A DNA stretch of 45,828 nt, counting the filler, from Catajapyx aquilonaris (lineage: Eukaryota), in NCBI GenBank assembly GCA_000934665.2. It is 2 parts of 2 records of this genome, joined end to end, with 100 filler letters (N's around TTAATTAATTAA, not from the genome) between each part and the next. Parts side by side here need not be neighbours in the genome. Positions count along the whole stretch, not along the records: positions 22,967 to 45,828 come from JYFJ02005800.1; 1 more part is not named here. One strand, given 5' to 3'. How positions within the stretch are numbered: the first letter of the stretch is position 1; every line of letters begins with the position of its first letter. The translations under genes were made by a program, and so were the position numbers. This document shows positions 23,471-34,544 of the stretch, one piece after another. The notes under the pieces were generated by a model that did not search any database, had not been told where the DNA came from, and saw nothing but the letters and a program-made list of their open reading frames with translations.

Positions 23471-23625
23471 GGGGAGGTGTAGATGGCTGAGATGGTAACT
23501 TCTCGGCTTGCTGAGTGAAAGGCCCCAGGTTCGATCCCCACCTGGGGAACTTTCCTTTTACCTGCGTCAGGAGGGTCTCTCACCTGCACCAAGGAGGTGT
23601 CTGGCAACGTAACCTCCTGGGGGAA
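23471..23625 (+). mobile_element. tRNA-derived SINE head
   Basis: Pol III A box TGGCTGAGATGG (23484-23495) and B box GGTTCGATCCC (23528-23538). No complete cloverleaf. The 3' boundary is approximate. Confidence 0.6.
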
Positions 23626-23879
23626 CAGCACATGACCCCTTTACAGACCTTGCACTTGCACCACATGTTCCCTCCTCAAAAATCCCTACCCTTACCCATG
23701 TCCCTGTCTCCTTGCACCAGTGAGCGAAGAAAAATAGTACACAGTTACTATAAAACTGATGGTGGTGTGCCACCCCCCTAAAAAGGCTCCGCCTTATCAC
23801 AGGGTAACGTTAAAAAAAAATCCTTCACATATAATTATCAAAGAGCACTACCTTTTAAATCTTAAGTCAGTGGGAGTCT

Positions 23880-24251
23880 GCATACATCACCCGAGGGAAG
23901 AATAAAGACTGGTCAAAACCGGTAATCTTGGTGGCCATGGAATAATCTCTTGCTCTTCCAGCCTGCACATCAGTCCCCAGGAGTGGCGTTCTGATAAAAA
24001 CGCGCCGGGAATCTTTGAACATGTATGGCGATCATTTGATTCTGCCATGCATGCAGTGCTGTTTCTGGTCCCATTTTTGATCACCTTCTTTAAATAAACA
24101 TGTTGTTCACACTTGTTCAGATTTGTTTTTGTACCAGCTTCACTGATGTCAGTGCCTTCGAGAACTGAAGGATGGTGCCAACAGGAATAAATTCATTGGT
24201 GTCTCCTATCTCCCATTAATATTTTTCCACACAGTTTTTAAACATCCTGCA
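23880..24251 (-). mobile_element. Degraded Tc1/mariner transposase remnant
   Basis: IPWPPRLPVLTSL resembles the WPPRSPDLTPL motif. A TIR-like CAGGATGTTT reads inward from ~24249. Confidence 0.45.
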
Positions 24252-24566
24252 TATAATACCAGGAGCTAATAACTTTAGCTCTCGATAATACCTATTAATG
24301 CAGTACACAAAAATGTGCCCACAGAGCCAATTTAAAAAAAGTATTAATACCATTCAAATTACTGTGCCAATACACTGATGAGAAGCTAAATGTACCCTAA
24401 ACTATAATACATCTTTATTTCTCACCCTGGCCTCCTCCTAACACAGAGAACCTGGGGTCCCTGAAATAAAACATTAAAATGTTTACAAGAGCACATTGTT
24501 CAAAATAAATCGGGCTAGTTTATATTTCAGTCACACTGAAGATTTTACATCATGAGCAGCACATGA

Positions 24567-27500
24567 TTAAAATGTACTGTCTGTCTGCTTGACCCTCAAC
24601 ACCACAGGCACAGAAGTGCAAGGAAGCACGGCCAGTTCAGTTACAACAGCAGAGATGAGTTCAGGAGGAGTCACATCATACATGGGAGCCAGAACCTGCA
24701 GACACGGACTGAATGACCCCTTCTGGGATGAGTCACTCTCTAACAGATCTGATGCATCACCTGCAAATATAATATCCATTTCTTTAATTAAATTCAATAC
24801 AAAAATTAGCAGATGATCTTAAATCAAATAATGGAATATCATGCAATTGTAATGACCTACTCTCACGAAAGTGGGAAATGACCTCTCTGGCTGGTTCCAA
24901 GCCTATTTGCAACCAGGAGCCAATGTTGTCATAAACAACCACTGAATTTAACAGTAGCTTCCAATCACAAATAGGCTTGCACCAACCAGACAAGTGAGGG
25001 CTGTGGGGGGAAAACATGATAACTGACAAAAGAGTAATTTTTCAGGAGAGCGAATTGAAGTTTGAATTTTCTTAACAAATCATAGGGAATGCTGGTTGTG
25101 ATCTAGTTCGTGTGGCCGTCTCATGCATGATACATGAACTTGGAGTATACCAAACTGTTTGTCATGTCTTATACATAGTTGCTAGGTGTTTAGGTAAAAA
25201 ATTACATAAATGTCAGTTATCATGTTTTTCCCCCACAGCCCTCAAGTCACACATCTAGATATGAGAGTAGCCCATAATGGAAAATATCCCCTTTAAATGC
25301 CTTAAGCTGCGTTTACATGTGGGCGATTTGATCGGCAATGTCATCGCCCTTGAGTTGTAGCAGTTGACGTCATGATGCAAGCGATAAGAGCTTGTACGTA
25401 CATCGTCCGTGTGTTTAAAAGTCGGTGATGACCTGAGCAATGTCATCGCCGATGCCCTCCCTTCTTAAACGCTATTGCTACTTTCAGCCCAAATCACTGC
25501 TTTCATTAGGATTTCATGGCTTGGCAATGATGTTGCTGATCAAAAGGGCCACATGTAAATGCGGCTTTATTCTCCCCATATCTTGACAATGCAATGTTTT
25601 AAACAACAACAACAACATCACGACATTTCCCTATAAGGGGTAGTCAGCGATGATGGGAGCCACAAGCTAACCCAAAATATGAACTAAATTAAAACTGGTA
25701 AAAATCAACCTATAAACAACCCGTCCCACCCCCCACCCCTGCCCATCTCAGACGGCAAACACTCAATATTAAATTAAATAATGCATTAAAAAAAAATAGT
25801 AAATTTAATTAATGTTTTAAACAGTTTGTAAAAAATGCAAAGAAAGGTACTACTGTGATTATAATTATGAAGACAGACTGGGTAAGGAAATCCAAAGAGC
25901 TCACTGTGAAACTGGTCTTGTCTTAGGGCCGTTTTCTCGAACAGTGGTTCAAATGTAAACCGGGTTCAAAGCCAGTTAAATCCCTGATTTGATTGTTGTT
26001 AGGCTGTTGTCAAGGGTTTAAACAGGCTTTGAACAGGGTTTACATTTGAACCACTGTTCGAGAAAACGGCCCTTAGTAGTTATTGTGCCGTACCAGGCAT
26101 AATTATTTATATTTACTTTACCACATTAAAGCATAGAGTATCACCAGTGTTACAGTGAACCTGCTGTAGATCTTAGCCCATTCCCACACCATTCTGCTCG
26201 TATTGATACATTACATTACAAGAAGATGAGCAAATGTATGTTGAGTACTCACCCAACTCATTAAACACAAAAGCATCAGTCTGCACTCTCTCACAGAACT
26301 TGTAAGTTTCACAGCACACCAACACAGGAACATTGGCTGCCTTGGCCAGCAGTGCCAACTGGGATGCACCTGTCCTTGCCATCACCCATCCATTAGCAAG
26401 CAAGGCATGAGCACCCAGAAGCACTTTAGTTGCCTGAGGCATCAAGTGAGAGGCAGCAGCCACACCACCATACCAACATGGAACCCCACATCTGATCAGA
26501 CGTCGCAGCATTTCTCTACCCTCATATAGGGGGCGAGAATCAAGCACAACTGCTCTGAACTGGCGACCCTGCCTTCTTGCCTCTGACAAGACCTTAATCA
26601 CAAGGGAAGAACAGGCATACACAAGAATGACATCACCATCTCGTATCTTCTTTGCAGCTGTCATTGCGATTGCTGTTCCGGCCAACTCAATGCTTTCTCG
26701 TACAAATGCATCCAGCTTTTCAGCCAATTTTTCTTTCGCCTCCACATCAGATGTTCCAGGAGGCACCTGCCGTATCTGGGCCCTTGCATATCGGAATGCA
26801 GATGCCATCGAGACAGACACTTGTCTGCACTCATCTAGATAGTGCCATTGAGGTTCAAGGTGTGATTCAAGATCACGAGCCAGATCACAATGCGGTGGTG
26901 TGTGGTAATCTCGTACTATGTCCTGAAGGGCAGACACCAGGGCCAGGCAGCGTGCATTGGATCCTCGCACAGTCCCCTTGTAGTAGCCAAGGCCCAGGCG
27001 AAGTATTGAGGGGTGCAAGTCACTATGCCCTGCACTGAAAAATTAATCCAGTGGCCAATTCAGGCTTAGAGCAATGTATGTATGAGAAGTTACATGTTAA
27101 CCCAGATATGCCGGGAAAAGTTTTCGTTGAATTTTTGAATTTTTTCTTGTTTCTATTAGTTCATATTAGTTCCCAACACACAAAAATCGAGAAAAAACAT
27201 TTTTCTGAATGCTTGTTTGCGAGAAAATGGCAGTTCCCTATAATTATGGGATGCTCGGAAAATGTAACCTAGTATGGCTATAACAGTTGTTGATTACATT
27301 ACCATGGCAACAGTGACATTCAGCAATATCCATAGTTTCATAATATCACCAATGATCGATTGTTGTCAATTGCATTACCATGGAAACAGGCCGTGCAAAG
27401 AAAGGGTTGTAATTGAGCAGCAATCAACAACAATGAACGATTGTTGCAATGGTTGCCATGTTAACCTATTGGCATGTAATCTCATTTTAATTGCATGGAT

Positions 27501-30500
27501 TCATTCAAATACAGTTCAACAAAGTGTACAAAATCCACATAGATACTTTACTTGTCCATATGTGGGTGCATTTGTCTCTTGCGTTCCCCTGAGGGGACAC
27601 CAGATTTCAACACTACTCTCAGCCAAGGAAAGTAGAAAATATGCCTATTTCCACATTGACATCATCATCATTCGTAAGTTTTCTAAGTATTACAAACAAA
27701 AAATAACTCATAATGCTAATCAACATTCGAGAATTAATTACTAATCATCTTCGGAACGTGGAGGTGCAGCCTCTGCGTTAAAATTCAAACACCTGTACCT
27801 TAAAAATCGGAGGCAATACTGAGCAGGTTTGTACTTGTATCATTAGCTGGGACTCGACTGAAGCACACTTGACTACTGCCAGCTCTTTAGCAGCAGAACC
27901 TGCACAAAAAAATTAAAATGTAACAACTGTGCAGGTGTCCCCTACAGGGGACACTCGGCATAACTGGGTTAATGTAGCCCATGATGTGGTAGAGGCTGCA
28001 CTATTGTTGACTAGCAATGTTCACGAAAATAGGTGATGGAAACAATACCAGATCTCTTTGAAATGAACATACCTGATGTGTTGATTAGTAGGACCCAGTA
28101 CTGATTGCCGTCGAAGATGGGCATATAGGGCAGAAGAACTAGCAACTGCTGAAGAAACCTTGGTCTTATTTCCAATTGCCTTAACTACTGCAGCTTTTGG
28201 CTTGGGTTTAACATCATCCTTTTTCTCAGGTTTGGCTGCAACTTCTGCCGCCTTTGACACCACTGCAGACTCATGCTTATTCTGCTGTGCCTTTTGAGCC
28301 CTTTGTGCCTCCTGAAAAAGTATGATATATCTCAATCAGTGACAAAATGCTTCTGCAGAGTTTTCTCAAAAAACCTGAGTACATCAAGGTGTGGTGTGAA
28401 AGCTTGGGAATGGGAATATAAGGTGAATTCGTTTATGGCTGAGTGTAGCAATAGTGTAGCTCCAGCGAGAGTTCTGCATTCGTTTATGACGAGGGCTGCT
28501 CTAAAGGGGCGGGGCTTGGCGTAGCACTGCATTCGTTTATCCCAGAGCAAGGGTCGGGTGTAGCGCGAGTGTAGTTCTGGCCTGCACGCTCGTTCGGGAG
28601 GGTGCAAGCGGTGTAGCAGTGGGTGTAGCTCCTCTTCCGCTGTGACATTTCACACACGTGACCAGGCTGCGCTAGAGCTACACTCCAGTGCTACACTCAG
28701 CCATAAATGAATTCACCTATAGGTTTCTTCTGTACATGTCTGATGCATGATTCCCAGAGTCAACATGGGGCGTGGGGGGTTGTGACGTCCCCACACACCA
28801 GGGGGTGGTCTGACCTAGTTCTTCCCTCCCCCCTCCCCCCTACAATGATGCCACATTGTATGATTAACACTATTAATTCACTTCACAAATTTGGTAAACC
28901 AGAAGCAAGGTGACACATTAGTTTGTAGGGCAAAATGAGTGGTGAACTACTAGCAAAGTGGCCATGGATGGTTGTGTGGTTGACTTGAGGTGCCAAAGCA
29001 ATATTAAGGCTATCGGACATAGAGATTGACAGAGGAATAGAGCATTTTGGGCTCTGGGAGGAAATGTGATAACCTGAGAAAACCCATGCCAACCTCTCAA
29101 AACTCTGTTCACTTAATAAAATCCTCTGTCTGGCCCAGGGAGTGAATGTGGGACCTCAGATGTGAAAGGTTGCGACATTAACCACCGCACCAGCATGCAC
29201 TCTCTGTGTGGCCACGGAAAACTTGTTATATCCAACACAATTGGCTTTATGCGAAAAGGAAGAGTGCAAAATAGGAAGCACAACGGAGGTCCCAAACTCC
29301 TATTTGGCTGGTAAGGAAAAATTGGACCTACAAAGCATGCAGCCTTCATAATTGTGCCTGTAATGTAGAAAAACTACACAAATTTGAATTTTAAATTTGG
29401 ATTGCATAGTCCTGGAACAGTGACTCCTTGCATGGCCTCTGCCCCTCCCCCCTTGCCACATTACCAACAGCACCTGGATTCTAGCCTAAGACATGCTGAG
29501 AATACTGTATGTTGACACTGTAATGGTCGCACTGGGTGGCACTGGCAGTGCTCCTACTAGCAAGGGGGGTACTACCATCCACATCTTATGCTCACAACTG
29601 TACATTTAATGCATATGCATTTTCAAAAGTCCGGTCACTCCCTGGCATTCCATTCTTTGTAGGGCATGTTTTTGCTTCTAACAGATGCACAGGATGTTCT
29701 GCTGATAAGCAAGACCTACCTGTTTGGCTCTTCGCTGTGCTCGCAACTCAGCTTTGCTTGGCCCTTCGTTAACTGCTTGATCACCATTAATTGGCACATG
29801 GTTCTTTACAGGCACATTCACAGCTTCCTGTTCCGAGTGTTGGACGGTAAACTGTGAAGAAGGCTGAGGAGCAGTTGTGACTGCAGTGGTATTAATCTTG
29901 ACACCATCCTTAGCTGCTTGCTTAGCAGCTTGTTTAGCAAGCTTTTTGGCTTCCCTTTCAGCCTTCACATGTTCCCTTGTTTTTCCAACACCCTGTGGTG
30001 CTTTCTTTTCCTCCTCAACTACCATTTTTGTTTGGTTCTGAATTTCACTATTAGCAAGCAATGGGGTTTTAATTTCACTGTTAGCAGGCAATGGTGCAGG
30101 AGCCTTTGAAGATGATACTTTCTCTTCAAAGGCAATGTCTAGTTGCCTAAGTGTTTCTTCGAGTCCCTGCAGGACACTTCTTAATGATTCTCTTGAAATT
30201 GCTTCTTTCTTCTTGTCTGGAGGTAGTTTCACTTGTTGACATTCAACTACAGTGTTCTCTGAAATATATAAGGGCTTATAAGGCCCCATTGTTTCTTGAT
30301 CCACAAATGTGTACAAGCATCAAAATCAATAATAATTATTGATTTTTTGCACTCATTCATGAATGGGATTCACTTAATTACGTCCTAAACCACTTCCCTT
30401 ATAATGGTTAGCTGAATTCTCAAAAACTTGGGTACCTGAGAGAACAACAAGGCTGGCCTGGCCAATAACAGCCCTACAACCTGTAAGCACCATAATTTCT

Positions 30501-30583
30501 ATAGCATCAGTCCTTAAGAGCCAGATGACTTGGGTACTTTAGTATTAGATATGTATATAAGGGGGCTTACCGGGCATAGCCAT
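24567..30583 (-). CDS. EIF2B4: Translation initiation factor eIF2B subunit delta (multi-exon)
   Basis: Phase-consistent exons (minus strand): 30258-29720, 28311-28073, 27034-26253 and 24760-24567. Tentative first exons are 30583-30571 and 30480-30436. Motifs: [110 protein letters not shown] at 24419-24414. The 5' end is uncertain, with an alternative strong-context ATG at 30025. Confidence 0.93.
24996..25243. mobile_element. Sola2-like MITE in an eIF2B delta intron
   Basis: TIR GAGGGCTGTGGGGGGAAAACATGATAACTGACA and its near-complement, with TSD AAGT. Same family as 1543-1792. Confidence 0.8.
25305..25566. mobile_element. PIF/Harbinger-like MITE
   Basis: TTA|AGCTGCGTTTACATGTGG ... CCACATGTAAATGCGGCT|TTA. 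Confidence 0.7.
25926..26072. mobile_element. PIF/Harbinger-like palindromic MITE
   Basis: TTA|GGGCCGTTTTCTCGAACAGTGGTTCAAATGTAAACC ... GGTTTACATTTGAACCACTGTTCGAGAAAACGGCCC|TTA. Confidence 0.85.
27101..27968. mobile_element. Non-autonomous piggyBac-like element
   Basis: TTAA|CCCAGATATGCCG ... CGGCATAACTGGG|TTAA. It fills most of the intron 27035-28072. Confidence 0.75.
28421..28718. mobile_element. MITE with 3-bp TSD (Harbinger-like)
   Basis: ATA|AGGTGAATTCGTTTATGGCTGAGTGTAGCA ... TGCTACACTCAGCCATAAATGAATTCACCT|ATA. Internal gtgtag repeats. Confidence 0.75.
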
Positions 30584-30839
30584 CTACAGCCCCCGGCTCC
30601 ATCAACATCTAATCACCGAATAGTGACAACATCATAAACAAACAAGAAGCGCCAAACAAACCTGGATAAACCCGAAAACCGAAAACCCCCAAGGCGCGAC
30701 CACAAAAGCAACCACCAAAACGCGCATAGACGCATACAATTTAGAGCGAAACCCTTCACCACCTCAGATACTTGGGTACTATAACACCTGTATATATCAC
30801 GGTTGTTAGAGTATATCCTTCCTATGGTTGGACCGTCCG

Positions 30840-30870
30840 GCTAGTGGGCGGTGATTGGTGGAGGGGGAAA
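30840..30870 (-). promoter_or_regulatory. CCAAT box and GC box upstream of the proximal eIF2B delta exon 1
   Basis: GGGCGG next to GATTGG in a CpG-containing region ~270 bp upstream of ATG 30583. Confidence 0.4.
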
Positions 30871-31362
30871 ACGTTACGGTGAGGATAAATTCAAACTGGG
30901 ATAGGACTTTCCGTGCAATGTCATGTACTTTGCGTAATTATTTTCACACACTTCTAAGTGAGCTAAAAATTTTAGAATTGGCAGACCTGTAACCCAGACA
31001 TCCAAGACAACGTCAAATGTCTCGAATAACGCATTTTCGCCCTGGGGCCGGCCCACGGGCGAAAGTTTTTAGGCAAGGCAAAAAGGGCATAATTCCCTTC
31101 TTGGCTAACCGAATGACACAAATTGGCACACTGAACACTGACATTGAACCACCGACAAACATACGCAAAGATTGTAACACAATTCACACCATCACACACT
31201 TTGCATGTATATGAAGACTAGAAGACATGTACCCTTGCATGTACCACAACATAACACATAGGATCTAATGATGATGATGATGATGATGATGATTATGATT
31301 ATTGGTGTTGTTATTACTATTATTATTATTATTATAATAACAATAATAATAACAACAACAAC

Positions 31363-31413
<51 letters not shown>

Positions 31414-31829
31414 TATTATTATTAGATCCTTGTGTTATCAAGAGCTCTTGGTGTTATGTTGTGGTACATGCAAGGGTACATGTCTTCGTATACGTGTAAA
31501 GTGTGTGGTGGTGTGAATTGTGTTACAATCTTTGCGTATGTTTGTCGGTGGTTCAATGTCAGTGTTCAGTGTGCCAATTTGTGTCATTCGGTTAGCCAAG
31601 AAGGGAATTATGCCCTTTTTGCCTTGCCTAAGAACTTTCGCCCGTGGGCCGGCCCCAGGGCGAAAATGTGTGATTCGGGACATTTGACGTTGTCTTGGAT
31701 GTCTGGGTTGCAGGTCTCCCAATTCTCGAATTTTTATCTCACTTAGAAGTGTGTGAAAATAATTACGTAAAGTACATGACATGGCATGGAAAGCCCTATC
31801 CCAGTTTGAATTTATCCTCACCGTGACGT
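30871..31829. mobile_element. ~960-bp foldback element with a trinucleotide microsatellite centre
   Basis: ~395-bp inverted arms (30871-31267 versus 31421-31829) around (ATG)n/(ATT)n/(AAT)n/(AAC)n/(ATC)n tracts. Confidence 0.85.
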
Positions 31830-32029
31830 CACGCCAAAAGCCACGGTCACGTGACAAGCGCAAATCTGTCGGGACGGCTCCCCGTGTATATATGATGAAA
31901 ACTCAACGCTAGATCCCAAGCATTGGCTCCCACTTCATACTGTATTAAGGTTTATTGTCCTGGCCTCTTGAATGTGCATCTACCATGTGAGGCAAAAAAA
32001 GTGTTTTTTTTTTCCAGAAGTTAAACTAG

Positions 32030-32770
32030 TCACAAAACTTTTCGCATTAGTCCGAGATACTTAGAAGAAGACCTATTTCTAGGCACAACTAGGAACAACC
32101 TGGGGCTGAACATGCCACTTTGGCTGACTGATAATTTCGCTAAGACTTTGGTACTATACACAATTACTATACCAGCAGAAGCTTCAGGCTGTTTCTTTTG
32201 TATGCTCCTCTTCTGTGGGTGCTCCAGTCCTTTAGGAGTGTCTTCCTCTAAATGAGCAACCTTGACACTGTCTTGTGAATTTCCAGTCACTTGTGGACTA
32301 CCTTCAGGCTCTACTGCTTGACTCCCATTTAAGGTCTCTTTGGTTGGTTCTATTGGACCGCAGGCAGGCAAATCACTAGAGCTGGTAGTGTTGGGTCTCT
32401 TACGTCTTCGCTTACTCCCTTTCACCTTGGGCGCCCCTTCTGAATCCTCCTGGTTGAAAAAGAAAAAGAATTATAAGAGTGGAAATGTAACGATTGTATT
32501 ATCTGAAAGAGGTGCAGGATTGTGTTAATAAGCAAGGATGAGTTGAGGCATTGGGTTGGCAGAGTCTTGTTACGAGACCTGCGCATTCTGCATGTTGCCT
32601 TGGTGAGTAGCACTACTGTCTGACACGTTGGGTCCAGCAGCTGGGCTGTTGGGCAGCACGTATCGCAAGAGAAGCAGACCAGTTCCCAAAATGAGAGATG
32701 CGACCAGCACAAAACATGAAACACAAAAGATGAGCAATGAAACGTCCTGCCAGCTGTCAGCCCCCGCCAT
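32030..32770 (-). CDS. Uncharacterised predicted single-pass membrane protein (two exons), or alternative 5' exons of eIF2B delta
   Basis: Exon 32770-32579 encodes MAGADSWQDVSLLIFCVSCFVLVASLILGTGLLLLRYVLP... It joins in phase 0 over a 129-nt intron with a strong pyrimidine tract to the exon from 32449 (EDSEGAPKVKGSKRRRKR...). That exon is open to 32030 and has a phase-1 donor after 32173. TATA-like sequence at ~33133-33139. The donor GTCTCG is weak. Confidence 0.5.
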
Positions 32771-33948
32771 AATGAATGAAGATGTGATCATCCCTCAAGC
32801 AGCAGCACTCCCCCTTATTCGCATCTGTCCGTGGTTAGCCTTCCCCTGAAGCATGCTGGACTGGCCACACACAAAATATAGCCCCTCACCTCACTTCTTG
32901 GTCCCCGCCCTTTGTTGACGTGAGCAGGCGCGTAGGAGGCCGCCTTCTGGGCGTAGCAGCAGAAACGTGATCGGTGGGCATGCACCACTCCTCCGCCCCA
33001 GTCCTCTTGTTCCTTCCTTATTCCCCCAGGCTACGTACGCAATGGCCAGGTATCCTTGCATTCTCTGGCTGGCATTCGAGAATAACTAGAGCACGTTGAT
33101 ATGACAAGGCCACACCAACAGACTAAAGAACCTATATAAGTGGTTACTGGTTATCAGGTGGGGAGCTGCTGCCATCTGGCGGAAATATCACGACGCTTTT
33201 GCGGGAATTATAAAATGAAGCATTCCAGTTTGGCTCATTTCCAGACGGAATGTTTCCTGCAAATCGTGCAACCTATTCTCAAAGCCACTTCTTTGGCAAA
33301 CTCGAGCATGTTATGACCATAAAACTAATTCAGAAGTACCGCAAATAAGATCAAACGGCGAATGTACTGCCTTGGTATTGCATTCCCATGCAAATGATGC
33401 ACCACAATAAAATTGAATAAGTGCAAAGGTGTGTGGTACATGGCTCTCCTTGTCCTGCATCTGAAATTGGTAGTGTACTTTTTTCTTCTCCAATCAGCAT
33501 AACTATGAGTTAAAGAAATATGGCAAAGTTACTTTTAAAAGACAAAAATATAGTCTGCCTGCAATGATGGAAAAAAGGACTTGTGAGAATGAGGCTTTTA
33601 TTACTTGTGCATCCCAGGCCAGGGTTGCAAAAACTGCAGTGAAACCATGTGTGTAGGCAAAATGATAAACCTTGCATAGCCTATATCATTATATTAGACT
33701 TACGTGAACAAGACACTGGTGCAACCTGCAACTTATGGGAAGCCACAGTCAAGGGAAGGGATCAAGGGAAGTGGTTAGTCGACAGCCTACTGCAGCACTC
33801 AGATTCCAAGGTGTGAGAAGTTTGCTCGCAAGGTGCAATCAGTAAACAGGTCTGTAAACTATAACCTATGTAAAGCTGTAGAGTAGGTCTGTTTATATCT
33901 GTGACAGTCTCCAATCTTGATCCTTACCAGTTCATTTTTCCTTTTATA

Positions 33949-34087
33949 CAGGGTGTTCCTTAGAACTCTGTAGACTTGTAGAGACTTATAGGGGTAATCG
34001 AGGGGACCAAGATATGTATTTTTCACATAGGAACCCATGTCCGGAAACGCCATCTGGAGGGGGTCAATAGACGAGGAACGGGTGTGC
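33949..34087. mobile_element. Truncated copy of the 16341-16902 MITE family
   Basis: TA|CAGGGTGTT...GGGGACCAAGA...GTCCGGAAACGCCATCT...GACGAGGAACGGGTG. One arm only. Confidence 0.75.
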
Positions 34088-34544
34088 TACACATTACGGC
34101 AGATCAAACTGTTTTCTTGTGAAGACTAGTTTACTCTGTGTAGAACTAGGACAAGATGCACATACAATTTTCCAGCATACCAGGTAGTCAGTAATGCCTG
34201 AAATAGTTTCAGGGATGGGAAAATCCTTCAACCTATTCTCCTAGTATAAAACAAGCTTACATAGGAAATTCAGTTTCTAATTTGTTAGCATTGGCTGTAT
34301 TTGGAATATTCTGCCAAAACATGTGTATCCTGCCATACATACACATCATATCGGGAAAAGTTGCACCTGCATATAGAGGTACTGTACAGTTTCAATTTTT
34401 ATTCAAACTCTTCAAAATCTGGGGAATGAAATAATCACAAAATTCAGTGGTAAAATCTGATAAATTTATACACAAATCAACTGTAAAAACATGTGGACCT
34501 TCAATAACAAGTGATAATAGCGCAGCCTTAGCACCTTCAACAAG

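Noticed and set aside
23471..23548. Possible tRNA gene
   Set aside because: A and B boxes are present, but there are no consistent acceptor and anticodon stems, so it fits a SINE head better.
24375..24400. CTGATGA hammerhead ribozyme core (also 5928-5934 and ~40097-40104 on the minus strand)
   Set aside because: No stem II followed by GAAA and no flanking pairing.
31192..31516. Poly-Met/poly-Ile hydrophobic ORFs
   Set aside because: Translations of trinucleotide microsatellites.
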